From IMG/VR virus record IMGVR_UViG_3300045988_070092: a DNA stretch of 34,706 nt; one strand, 5' to 3'. The translations under genes and the position numbers were made by a program. This document shows positions 22,698 to 31,893 of the stretch, one piece after another (within the stretch, counting starts at the first letter, position 1; every line of letters starts with the position of its first letter). The notes beneath the pieces were generated by a model. It saw nothing but the letters and a program-made list of their open reading frames with translations. It was not told the origin of the DNA and searched no databases. This DNA comes from a virus.

Positions 22698-22785
22698 AAT
22701 AAGCGCATGACATATGAGTGTGAATTGTATTTATCGTAAGGAAGGCTCTCCTTTCTTTTTATTATTTTATTGTCATGCGCTTATT
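22698..22785. repeat. Perfect 15-bp inverted repeat (aataagcgcatgaca / tgtcatgcgcttatt) flanking 58 nt
   Basis: Arms at 22698-22712 and 22771-22785. The spacer contains a further small hairpin, aagga-aggctc-tcctt. Confidence 0.85.
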
Positions 22786-22826
22786 TTCCTTAACTAAATA
22801 GCAATTCTATTCATGTTCTTCCCCCA

Positions 22827-23336
22827 TCAGAAATTGTACGTCGTAACTACCATATTATCGGACCACAAACTGAATGTCTCATTTTCTCCGTAGGCTTTCA
22901 CTCTGACCGTCGCATTCTCCAATCCATCTTTAAGGAATTCATCGTAATAATTCGCTCGCACAATCGCATTGTAAGAAGTGGTATATGTCTTTTTCGTTCC
23001 ATCCGTCTTGGTCACCATTACCTCATAATGTGTTTGTGTTGCATTGTCAACCTTATCCCACTGCACGCTCAGACATCCGTATGTGCCGTATCTGGATGTT
23101 CTTTTGATATATGATGCATACTTAACTACCGGCTTTTCCAATACGTTCTTCTCGAGGAACTTCTTCGCTGCTGCGTCCATTGCCTCCTGCAACTTATCGT
23201 CAATCTTGACTGTAATCTCTGGGATTTCCACTTTTGGCGGGTTAAGTGGTGGGGTGCATGCCATAGTCGGCACTGCACAGGTGAGTGTTAAGGCTACTAA
23301 TAATACAGTTGCTAATAATTTTCTCATTTTTCTCAT
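22827..23336 (-). CDS. Secreted or lipoprotein-like protein with a beta-sandwich (FN3/Ig-like) C-terminal domain
   Basis: 169 aa. Signal peptide MRKMRKLLATVLLVALTLTCAVPTMAC. ..YEVMVTKTDGTKKTYTTSYN..ATVRVKAYGENETFSLWS. Confidence 0.75.
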   Translation of the reverse strand: MRKMRKLLATVLLVALTLTCAVPTMACTPPLNPPKVEIPEITVKIDDKLQEAMDAAAKKFLEKNVLEKPVVKYASYIKRTSRYGTYGCLSVQWDKVDNATQTHYEVMVTKTDGTKKTYTTSYNAIVRANYYDEFLKDGLENATVRVKAYGENETFSLWSDNMVVTTYNF

Positions 23337-23348
23337 AGTTTTTTCCTC

Positions 23349-24470
23349 CTATTCTATCGCATACCATGTGTATGCACTATTACTTATTAATCCTTGTGCT
23401 TCGTTACTTGGTGTATATGTTACTGTCCCACCATTTACCGTTACTGCTCCAACACTTATGCTTGGACTTTTAACATACGAACCTGCACTGACTCCAAAAC
23501 CTCTACAAGTACCGTCTATTCCATTCACTACTAATATTTCTATTCCAGTTGTGGCACTAACAAATGAATCTTTAACAACCAATAAGGTTGTAAAACTGTT
23601 TAGCCCAGTGTCTATCGTTACAGCATTTGTTCCAGCACCGGTAATCGTGCCCTGTGCAACATTCTTTCCTCCTGAAGAGCCAGAAGATTCATATGTTCCA
23701 GTGACTCCAAAAATTGATATATCTTTCTTAATATTCTCCGCTAACAGGTTTGCATCTCCATCAATTAATTGAGCGCCAGCAAGATATTTTCCTTCTGGAA
23801 TTGTTTGGTTGGAAGTTGATGGAGTAATTTTTTGAGATGCTATACTTTCAATCGTTCCTTCAATCTGTCCGTTTTGTCCACAAGCAATTACTCCCTTGAG
23901 CATTTTATTTGCTTGTACGGTTACATCTGGACTGAATATTTTAATGTAATAATATCCATCTACAACACCGCTATCAGGATAAGCGTCAGATATGTCAGCA
24001 GATATATATTCAATCAGATTGTCTCCACGTTCATCCAACTCAACTTTCTCATCAGATAAAGTCCAAATTTGGTAGTTACTCATATATGGTTTATATAAAA
24101 TCTTTTTTGCTTCTCCATTTTTTGTATTGGTTGGCAAATATAACTTATTTAAACTAATTGCAGAACTACTCAAAGAATAATATCCATCATCTGTAATTGT
24201 GCGAGAAGTGTATTCTGCTGCTGCAAATCCATTTGGTTTTGTTGTGCTACCAGTATTTTCTTTGGTTTCTTTCCAACCAATTTTACGGTCATACTTTGCC
24301 CACACATAAGCGCCGTTCCCGATACCCTTCTCACACTGATGTGTTCCAATAACCTCTTCGCCCGCAGCGTTATACCCTATGATTCCTTCCAACATCTTAT
24401 CTGGAGCTACCGTAGAGCCCGATAGGTCTATGACCGTCTTTGAGCCATACATTACCTTGTTGATTCCCAC
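23349..24470 (-). CDS. Tail fibre-like protein
   Basis: 373 aa. Repeated motif (D/N)KML(E/K)G(I/V)I...G...GT. ITPSTSNQTIPEGKYL motif shared with the upstream protein. Gly/Ser/Thr-rich C-terminus. Confidence 0.7.
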   Translation of the reverse strand: MGINKVMYGSKTVIDLSGSTVAPDKMLEGIIGYNAAGEEVIGTHQCEKGIGNGAYVWAKYDRKIGWKETKENTGSTTKPNGFAAAEYTSRTITDDGYYSLSSSAISLNKLYLPTNTKNGEAKKILYKPYMSNYQIWTLSDEKVELDERGDNLIEYISADISDAYPDSGVVDGYYYIKIFSPDVTVQANKMLKGVIACGQNGQIEGTIESIASQKITPSTSNQTIPEGKYLAGAQLIDGDANLLAENIKKDISIFGVTGTYESSGSSGGKNVAQGTITGAGTNAVTIDTGLNSFTTLLVVKDSFVSATTGIEILVVNGIDGTCRGFGVSAGSYVKSPSISVGAVTVNGGTVTYTPSNEAQGLISNSAYTWYAIE

Positions 24471-24481
24471 TTTTTCACCTC

Positions 24482-25504
24482 CTATCCGATATTGACGGTT
24501 GTGCCACCAGATGAATCATCCTGTTCACTATAAGGAATGCCCTGTACTGTAACTTCCGCAAGGTAATCATATCCAGTGTCCGGTGTCACTACCTGTTCCG
24601 ATGTTCTTGGTGTGATTGTTTTTGACTGTACTTTTGCGCTTGAAGAACCGTCACTCGAAGAGCTTGTGCTTGTTCCGAAGTATGTAATTATATAATTGAT
24701 TCTAATAGGACCTGCTTTTGCGCCAGATGCCAATGTTGCGTACCATGTTCCATTTTCATATGTGGCGCCCTGAACATGCACCTTCTGGGCGCCTCCATCC
24801 CCGTTTGAAAATGATACGGCTACGTTAGCGTTTGAGGCATCGCTTATACCGAGCACTTTGTTTATATCTGAGTTTGAGATAACCGAAACTGATGTGTTGT
24901 CTTTTAGACTTATGTTGCATACTCTGGACCCAGCGAAAAACATCTGTATATTTTTTCTTAATGAATTAAAGTTATTATTTAGTGACTCAAGTTCTTTTTC
25001 CAATTCCTCATTGGTTTTTCTCAGCGTAAAGAGCTGTTCTAGCGCCGTGATGCTCAGTCCCTCTATCTTCACCCTGTACAGAGGAAGTTCTCTCACCTTT
25101 CCCGCCTTGTATAGGTCTTCTTGTACAATCTCTGGATCCGTTTCTGTGCTTCCTGCCGTGCCCTTCTTGACTTCACATGTGTATGTATCGATACCACCGG
25201 TCCCGGTCGTTTCGAATCTTGCTACAATGATGTCGTTTCTGTTCTTGCCGCTCTGTCCATTTTCGATTTCGCAATCAATATAATCCCCGTAAGGGATACG
25301 GGCGAAATGTCCTCCTACGCAGATAATTCCATCTGCAATTCTTACCTTGTTATTGGACAGCACTGTGGCTTTACACGACTGTCCGTTGGTAGATACTCCG
25401 TCTCCGCCAAAAAGGCTCAGGTAGACAGACGCGTCATCTTCCGCGCGTATGTGCGCTTCTTCTCCCGGTGGTGTGCTTACTGTGATTGGTATTAATCCAG
25501 ACAT
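24482..25504 (-). CDS. Baseplate / tail fibre protein
   Basis: 340 aa. N-domain, central coiled coil (LEQLFTLRKTNEELEKELESLNNNFNSL), beta-rich C-domain. KTITPRTSEQVVTP motif. Confidence 0.7.
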   Translation of the reverse strand: MSGLIPITVSTPPGEEAHIRAEDDASVYLSLFGGDGVSTNGQSCKATVLSNNKVRIADGIICVGGHFARIPYGDYIDCEIENGQSGKNRNDIIVARFETTGTGGIDTYTCEVKKGTAGSTETDPEIVQEDLYKAGKVRELPLYRVKIEGLSITALEQLFTLRKTNEELEKELESLNNNFNSLRKNIQMFFAGSRVCNISLKDNTSVSVISNSDINKVLGISDASNANVAVSFSNGDGGAQKVHVQGATYENGTWYATLASGAKAGPIRINYIITYFGTSTSSSSDGSSSAKVQSKTITPRTSEQVVTPDTGYDYLAEVTVQGIPYSEQDDSSGGTTVNIG

Positions 25505-26560
25505 TTAATCATCTCCTTTCATTTTATAATCCACTGTCGCCTCTCCTTTTTCTACTTTAAATATCTTTTGGATAATTGGCTTTTTTACTTCTGTATCCGT
25601 GATTTCATCGTATCCAGCTACGATATCTCCAAGCTCTAAATCAATGTCTTCTATGTTTATATCGCATTTTTTGTGATTTTGAAGCTCTTGAAGACGCTTT
25701 ATTCCACCTTCCTCGAGCTTTTCTCTATCCGCCGATGAATAGTCATAGACTGCAGCTATCTCGTTAGCTCCGTAGTAATACTGATTTTTTCCGATGCTGC
25801 CATCTTCCTGCACGTACAGGTGGAGTACTATTCTGTCTTGGTTTTCTCCTTCTCCTACACACACTAGATGGTTCACACCCGCTCTGTAGTCTTCTACTGT
25901 GATATCTGCTTTGCTCTCCTGGCTATATTCCAGCTCTTCCGAATAATCCTTTATTGGGACAGCTTCCAGCTTTACATAGCCATAGTCTAGTCCACTTGGC
26001 TGAATATACTTAATATCCAGTCTGTAAGCGTACTGATCCAGTAGTTTCTGTATCGCGTCGTACAGCGTGACGTATCTGTCTACTTTCCAGTTGCTCACTT
26101 CTATTCCAGTTTTAGAAGAGGTCACTACGAACAGGCTTCCGAAACTGTCTTCAACCAGCTGCGTGATTATCTCATTTATGTCTCCGGATAATATTAGATG
26201 GTCTTGTCCAGCTGGCGGTTCCACAATCTTATAGATCAGCATTCCTCTCCATGTATATCCTGAGAGTGTGAGCTTTTCTGTTTTGGAAACCGACTTGATT
26301 CCTTTTATGATTCCTCCGTATTCCGTATCTGGAACAAAAAATCTGCACCCGTATCCGTATCTTTCTTCATTCCATTCGCTGCTGTCGATCTCAATTTCGA
26401 AGTCGCACTTGTCGCCGATGTCTATGTCTACTTTTGCACTGTCCGTGAGATTTCCCTGTTCTTCCCCGGTCGGTTTTGTAACTATGATTTTAACGGGATC
26501 CATTTTGGCTCTGTCCTTTCTTCGAATATAATCAAATCGAAATCGAAGCCTCCCGGCCAT
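25505..26560 (-). CDS. Tail-tip protein in the Tal position (Gp37-like?); an alternative start is Met at 26503
   Basis: 351-aa ORF directly after the Dit-position gene. Function assigned by synteny. Confidence 0.6.
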   Translation of the reverse strand: MAGRLRFRFDYIRRKDRAKMDPVKIIVTKPTGEEQGNLTDSAKVDIDIGDKCDFEIEIDSSEWNEERYGYGCRFFVPDTEYGGIIKGIKSVSKTEKLTLSGYTWRGMLIYKIVEPPAGQDHLILSGDINEIITQLVEDSFGSLFVVTSSKTGIEVSNWKVDRYVTLYDAIQKLLDQYAYRLDIKYIQPSGLDYGYVKLEAVPIKDYSEELEYSQESKADITVEDYRAGVNHLVCVGEGENQDRIVLHLYVQEDGSIGKNQYYYGANEIAAVYDYSSADREKLEEGGIKRLQELQNHKKCDINIEDIDLELGDIVAGYDEITDTEVKKPIIQKIFKVEKGEATVDYKMKGDD

Positions 26561-27327
26561 GATACTGTATTTCTTCCAGGCTTTATTTTTTGAAAGAAGG
26601 TGCGCGACTTCTCTCTGGAATGGAAAGTATTTACTTCTTCTCCATTTCTCATTATTTTTGTTATAGTCTCTGTTCTACTGTCTATTTCAAGTCGTTCGCC
26701 TTCTTCTAAAATAACGTTCGCCCGGTATGATGCTTCTCCAATCGAGACCTGTGGGTTTGTTACTTTTCCGTATATGATTAATCTAAAATTTGAATCCGTA
26801 AAATGCGGATTGATGAAATAATTGCTATTCTGCCCGGTAGTGTATCTATATGGGTATCTTCCTGGGTATCTTTTATTGTTCGTTGTTGCTTGATTGTAGC
26901 TATGGAATTCATAGGTATGCTTGTTGATCCAAAATGGATAAAATGATACTAATGTTGCATCTATGTCAATCGTGTAAAATGCGTCATCGTAATCTTTTGG
27001 AGCTAATCCTGTAATATAGCAAGGCAGGTAGTAATCTCCATACCAGAGCTTGCCCTCTGCCTTGCTTAGAATATCTTCATCTGTAATTTCACTGATGCTG
27101 TTTACAATCTCGCAATATTCGCTTTCGGAATCGCAAAATATCTGAAGCGTGATTTTTTTCTGTACGCTGGTCCTGTAGAATTTATTGAGTTTCGCCCTGT
27201 TTCTCAGCTTATTTTCGCTTGCCTCGTAGCTCCAGCTTTTCCCGAATATGTCTGTAATATCATTAAGTACAACCGGCCACTTATCCAACTCTATTTTCTT
27301 TTCATTGCTATTTTCGTAGCATATCAT
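26482..27327 (-). CDS. Distal tail protein (Dit position)
   Basis: 281-aa ORF whose ATG overlaps the tape-measure stop (ATGA-type coupling). Confidence 0.7.
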   Translation of the reverse strand: MICYENSNEKKIELDKWPVVLNDITDIFGKSWSYEASENKLRNRAKLNKFYRTSVQKKITLQIFCDSESEYCEIVNSISEITDEDILSKAEGKLWYGDYYLPCYITGLAPKDYDDAFYTIDIDATLVSFYPFWINKHTYEFHSYNQATTNNKRYPGRYPYRYTTGQNSNYFINPHFTDSNFRLIIYGKVTNPQVSIGEASYRANVILEEGERLEIDSRTETITKIMRNGEEVNTFHSREKSRTFFQKIKPGRNTVSWPGGFDFDLIIFEERTEPKWIPLKS

Positions 27328-30290
27328 TATGTCGTGACCTCCTCGATAATTCGTCCAAATTCTCTTCCATTATATTCTACAGTTACTTTTCTTCTTGCCA
27401 TCGCATCAGCCAGCCGGTCATAGTCAATCGGATCTGTCTCTGTTCTTTGCAGCCTCGCCAGTGCGCTTTCTACAGATTCTTCTACGTATGACCTTAATAG
27501 TGTGATTGGTGCTACTGCTTCCTCTCCAGCTTCTCCCACGCCTTTTAGCCCGCTGTAAGTCGGTAAAATAGTGGCTTGTCTGAATATCGCTCCTTTTGCA
27601 TACCAGTTAATTCCAAACTTTGGAACTGATGGCGGATCAAGAGAAAATGATCCAGTGATAGAAAAATGTGGCAACTTTAAATCTGGCAGCTTCCATGTGA
27701 AATTGAAGAAACTCTTGATTTTTTCAATTGCACTTTTTACGGTATCTCTAGCTGCATTAATTTTTGTAGAAATTCCATTTTTGATTCCTTCAAACGTATT
27801 TTTCACTCCGTTTGTAAATGAATCTAATCCACATGCATGTAAAAGTGATGTGAAGAAATTCACCAGTCCACTCAAAAATCCGTTCAGTCCTCCTACTACT
27901 AAGCTCCACAGTCCGGAAAATGTCGTTCCAACTCCTGACTTCCATGTCTGCAATCCCTGATAGGCCTTATCCATATCTCCCGTAAATACTCCGACAATAA
28001 ATGTTCCTAGTCCGGAAAGCTGGTCGATTAATCCTCCGATGATCGTCAAAATTGGATTGATAATACTAAGCAGCATGCTGAATCCTGCTGCTACCTGTGC
28101 AAGTGCCGGTATGATAATTATCGCCAATACTGTGCCTACTATTTCGAACAAATCTTCCAGCCCAAGAATCTTTTCCTCGAATCCTCCCAGTGTCTGCTTA
28201 ATCTCATCTATTTTCCCACTGATATCAAGAGAGTCTAAGAATCCTGAGATAGTATCCTGAAAGATTCCAAATAATTCCGTGAAAAAATCCCGGAATGATT
28301 CGCTCTTCTGCCATAGTAATGCGATTGCCCCTGTAATTGCAGCTATCGCCGCGACTATTAGCAGTATTGGTCCCAGTGCTATTCCAGCGCCCCCTGCTGC
28401 GGCTGCCCCTGCTCCTTCTGCTGCTGTTCCAATTCCGGCAATCATACCTGTTAATTTAGAACCGACTCCGATAATTGCAGATATCCCCGTCGACACTTTA
28501 CCGATTCCTATCAGCAATGGCGATAGGATTGCTACGAATCCCAAGATTCCAAGAAGTATTTTTTGCTGATTTGAATCCATCTGTGATATTGCATCGGCAA
28601 ATCCTTTTATCTTCTCTGTTCCCTGTGCGATCATTGGGAGAAATGTGGAACCTAATGTGATTCCTACGTCTTTCAGATTATTACCCATAATCTGTATTTT
28701 GCTTTTCGTGGTTTCGTATCTCTTATTTGCTTCTTCTGTTAGAGCCGTGTTTTCATTCCAAGCTTCATTTCCTGTCTGTATTGCTGAAGTAAATACGTCG
28801 CTTGCATTTGCGGATCTTAACAACGCGTCTCGCATTCTGGTTTCTGTGATTCCCATATCGTCCAGAACTTTAATAGCGGAGTCCGTTTCTCCCCCACACT
28901 GTGAAAGTCCTGTGATAAACGCTTCCAGAGCACCCGTGGCGTCTTCCCGGAACAATGTGGAGAACTCGTCCACACTCATTCCTGCCACATTAGCCCAGTC
29001 TTTTAATCCCTCGCTATTTGTCTCTACGTCGAGCTGCATCTGTACCATAGCTTTTGAAAATGCTGTACCTCCAGCCTGTGCTTCCATTCCTACAGAAGAT
29101 AGTGCTGTAGCCAGTGCCAGGATGTCTGATTCTGACATGCCGACCTGTGCTCCTGCAGATGCTAGATTCGTCGCCATGTTCATAATGTCCGCTTCCGTTG
29201 TTGCGTAATTATTTCCAAGGTCAACAATAGTGCTTCCCATTTTCGAGTACTTTTCCTCTGCTGACATAGATTGGTCTGCTGCTAATCCTGTAACATTTGC
29301 AAACTTCGCGATTGCTGTTGCCGCGTCGTCTGCTGCCAGGTTCGTAGAATTTCCCATATCAATCATGACGCGGGTAAATCCCAGTATGTCTTGTGTCTTA
29401 ATGCCAAGTTGCCCTGCCGTCTCAGCCACCGACGCAATCTCCGTTGTTGATGCAGGAATCTCTTTTGCCATATTTCGGATTCCATCTTCCAGTTGCTGAT
29501 AGCTGTAGATACACTGGCCATTTGCATCGTAGACTTCGTCGGAAGTCTTTTTTACGCCCGCAAATGCATCTTCGAATGTAATTGCAGAAGCGGCTACTCC
29601 TGTTAAGGCTCCGGCCGCTGTGGTGCTGACTGTTCTTAAGCTCTGCCCGACCTTTTCCGTTCCTTCACCGAATTTTCCAAGTCCTTCACCGAAAGTCTGA
29701 ACCGCGCTTTTTTGTTCGCTTAGTTCTTTTGTGGTATTTCGAATCTCATTTTGGATTGCCGCCTGCTGCGTCTGTGCTTCTACAAGGCTTGACTTCAATT
29801 CGTTGTACTTCTCTGAATTTTCTCCAACTTCCTGAGAACACGCGTCCAGCGCACTTTGAAGTGTTGCTGTTTTTTGTGCGGCAATCTGTGACTGATTGGC
29901 AAGTAGTACCTGTCTTTCTCTCAGTAAACTGGTCTTATTTTCAGATCCGTCCAGTTTCGTCTGATTAAGCTCCAATTCCTGATCAAGCTGCTTTATTTTC
30001 TGATCAGCCTGTTCAACAGCGCTCTGAAGCTGTGCTTCTGCCTCAGCCTGTTCTTTTAGTTTTTCGGTTGTACCGGATAACTCCTGAGCTATTGCTTCTT
30101 GTACGCGCTTCGCGTCTGCAAGCTTTGTTTTCCAAGTGCTTACTTCTGCGGAATTTTCTCCAAATATATCTCTTGCCTTGCTTAACTTATTATTCGTAAG
30201 TTCTACTTTAGTACTGCTCTCCTGCAGCTCTTTCCTTAGAAGTTCTTCTTTTTGCTTGAGTAGATCTACTGTCTCTCCAGCGCCTTTCAT
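27327..30290 (-). CDS. Tail tape measure protein
   Basis: 987 aa. N-terminal coiled coil, a TP901-type core (..AFAGVKKTSDEV..MAKEIPASTTEIASVAETAGQLGI..) and Gly/Ala-rich hydrophobic segments. The frame is open 47 codons upstream of the first ATG. Confidence 0.9.
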   Translation of the reverse strand: MKGAGETVDLLKQKEELLRKELQESSTKVELTNNKLSKARDIFGENSAEVSTWKTKLADAKRVQEAIAQELSGTTEKLKEQAEAEAQLQSAVEQADQKIKQLDQELELNQTKLDGSENKTSLLRERQVLLANQSQIAAQKTATLQSALDACSQEVGENSEKYNELKSSLVEAQTQQAAIQNEIRNTTKELSEQKSAVQTFGEGLGKFGEGTEKVGQSLRTVSTTAAGALTGVAASAITFEDAFAGVKKTSDEVYDANGQCIYSYQQLEDGIRNMAKEIPASTTEIASVAETAGQLGIKTQDILGFTRVMIDMGNSTNLAADDAATAIAKFANVTGLAADQSMSAEEKYSKMGSTIVDLGNNYATTEADIMNMATNLASAGAQVGMSESDILALATALSSVGMEAQAGGTAFSKAMVQMQLDVETNSEGLKDWANVAGMSVDEFSTLFREDATGALEAFITGLSQCGGETDSAIKVLDDMGITETRMRDALLRSANASDVFTSAIQTGNEAWNENTALTEEANKRYETTKSKIQIMGNNLKDVGITLGSTFLPMIAQGTEKIKGFADAISQMDSNQQKILLGILGFVAILSPLLIGIGKVSTGISAIIGVGSKLTGMIAGIGTAAEGAGAAAAGGAGIALGPILLIVAAIAAITGAIALLWQKSESFRDFFTELFGIFQDTISGFLDSLDISGKIDEIKQTLGGFEEKILGLEDLFEIVGTVLAIIIIPALAQVAAGFSMLLSIINPILTIIGGLIDQLSGLGTFIVGVFTGDMDKAYQGLQTWKSGVGTTFSGLWSLVVGGLNGFLSGLVNFFTSLLHACGLDSFTNGVKNTFEGIKNGISTKINAARDTVKSAIEKIKSFFNFTWKLPDLKLPHFSITGSFSLDPPSVPKFGINWYAKGAIFRQATILPTYSGLKGVGEAGEEAVAPITLLRSYVEESVESALARLQRTETDPIDYDRLADAMARRKVTVEYNGREFGRIIEEVTT

Positions 30291-30420
30291 CTGTGTCGCA
30301 TTTAGTTTAAGCTCTGCTCTGTATTGCTTTAAACCTTTCTCCGCTTTACTTATGCCTTCCGTAAAATCCTTTGTATCTGCATTAAATTTTACATTTGCTT
30401 CGTTCTTCTTAGCTAGTAGA

Positions 30421-30992
30421 TCACCCTCTTTCTATCAATTTCTCTTCCATGTAGTTTTTCCAACTCATGTAAGCGTGTTTATCTTCCAAAATTGTTAATA
30501 ATACGTTGTACTCGGAATTCCAGAACAGCTCTTCGCTGATTCCGTTTATAATTACATAATAGGTATACATATCTTCCACTTCCTCAATTTCAAATCTCGG
30601 AAGCCTCAGTGTATTTTTGCTTTTTCCTACTGTTGCTCTTCTGAAGGCTGTTCTGAATCCTGCTTTTTTGACGGTGAGATCATTTCCTGTACTACATTTA
30701 CATTTTTCATGTAATCTGGGTTTGCATTTTCAATGAATTCCGTGAATGTCATCAAATTCTCTTCCTCTTCATCCTGATTAGCATTCAAGTATGCCGAATG
30801 CATGAACTCATACACTTCCATGACATCTTTTTCGTTTACTCCTTTTACCAGGACTTTGCTAATCTTTTCATATGCCTTTTTATTTTTATTTCTCAGGCTC
30901 AACAGCAAAATGGGAGCTGTGGACATTGTCACAAACTCCCCGTCTGCCATTTCATACTCCTGGAAATTGAATACGTCCTTACTGCGCATCAT
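30421..30992 (-). CDS. Tail assembly chaperone, frameshifted long form (GT-like), made by a -1 slip at 30663-30669
   Basis: Hand translation shows the -1 frame open from the slippery site to the TGA at 30421-30423: ..AGRFRTAFRRATVGKSKNTLRLPRFEIEEVEDMYTYYVIINGISEELFWNSEY.. Confidence 0.7.
30627..30992 (-). CDS. Tail assembly chaperone, short form (G-like)
   Basis: 121-aa acidic ORF between the major tail and tape-measure genes. Confidence 0.8.
   Translation of the reverse strand: MMRSKDVFNFQEYEMADGEFVTMSTAPILLLSLRNKNKKAYEKISKVLVKGVNEKDVMEVYEFMHSAYLNANQDEEEENLMTFTEFIENANPDYMKNVNVVQEMISPSKKQDSEQPSEEQQ
30663..30669 (-). promoter_or_regulatory. -1 programmed frameshift heptamer A AAA AAG
   Basis: Zero-frame codons are TCA AAA AAG (SPSKKQ), 12 codons before the G stop. 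The phase was checked codon by codon. Confidence 0.75.
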
Positions 30993-31311
30993 TTTCCTCC
31001 AGTTCTACAAGTCTTTCGATAATTTCATCTTTCTTACCTTCGGCGCTTACGCCTTTTTCTTCCGCAAGCTTTTTCAGTTCTTCTACGTTCATTTTCTTCA
31101 GCTCGCTTTTAGTGTAGTGTTCTGCTCCTGGCGCTTCCTCTTGATTCTCTTCCTGTGTTTCTTCTGGAACTGTCTCCAACGGCTCCAAAATGCCTTCCCG
31201 TACTTTTTCAATCTCCTCGTAGCGTTCTTTGCTCACTTCGATGATTTCTCCTACCAAGTGTAAATCGTGTGTATATTTGTCTCTGAATTTAATCTTTACT
31301 TTCGCTTCCAT
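30979..31311 (-). CDS. Small protein with a C-terminal HeH/Rho_N-like (SAP-like) motif
   Basis: 110 aa. ..LKKMNVEELKKLAEEKGVSAEGKKDEIIERLVE. Confidence 0.65.
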   Translation of the reverse strand: MEAKVKIKFRDKYTHDLHLVGEIIEVSKERYEEIEKVREGILEPLETVPEETQEENQEEAPGAEHYTKSELKKMNVEELKKLAEEKGVSAEGKKDEIIERLVELEENDAQ

Positions 31312-31320
31312 AATTTCCTC

Positions 31321-31893
31321 CTATGCGTTAAGCTCAACAAGTTCTCTTGAAAATTCTTCCATCCACTTTGTTTTTACCGTCGCGTCCTGCAGATCTGACT
31401 CTACAGCTTCGTACATGCCTTCTCCATTCTCATCTGGCATTACTGCTATTTCGAGTTCTAACATGGCTACGTCTTCCGTGTCGTTATCTACAGTCCTGCT
31501 AAGTCCATTTGTGATTGTACAATTTGGATAAGCCTTATACTTCACATCTCCGTCCTCATTCAGGATTTTAGCCGTAACACATGCCACCGCGTGCAAAGAG
31601 CTTTGTCCGTATGCCACGATTCCGTCTTTCAGTTCTTTCCTGCTCATTCCATGCATATCAACAAGCATGTCCTGTGGCGTGTATGCCGAAAATTTCAGCG
31701 TTCCGGATCCCGTTCCTTTTGTTCTTGTTTTTATGACTTTCGAGCCACATTTTTTCTGTACGGTCTTGCTCGTAAGCTCCTCTTCCAATTTTCCCACGCA
31801 TTTCAGAATATCTGCTTTTACCGCCGGAGATATTCTGATTCCCAGCTCTGTAATTTCATATTCTGAAAAATCCACATTTGTGATTCCTGCCAT
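31321..31893 (-). CDS. Major tail protein
   Basis: 190-aa ORF in the canonical position upstream of the chaperone genes. Confidence 0.75.
   Translation of the reverse strand: MAGITNVDFSEYEITELGIRISPAVKADILKCVGKLEEELTSKTVQKKCGSKVIKTRTKGTGSGTLKFSAYTPQDMLVDMHGMSRKELKDGIVAYGQSSLHAVACVTAKILNEDGDVKYKAYPNCTITNGLSRTVDNDTEDVAMLELEIAVMPDENGEGMYEAVESDLQDATVKTKWMEEFSRELVELNA

Noticed and set aside
22624-22713. N-terminal extension of ORF 22177-22713.
   Set aside because: It runs through an intrinsic terminator and palindrome copy C. An SD-preceded Met at 22623 gives a sensible start.
22698-22785. The 88-nt inverted-repeat unit as a MITE.
   Set aside because: No target-site duplication flanks the arms and there is no second copy in the window. 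It is kept as an alternative in the finding.
30421-30431. A +1 shift at AGA GGG TGA fusing the frameshifted chaperone to the tape measure (prfB-like context).
   Set aside because: Only the sequence context is suggestive. A chaperone-tape measure fusion is not known, and a non-canonical start or an indel is simpler.
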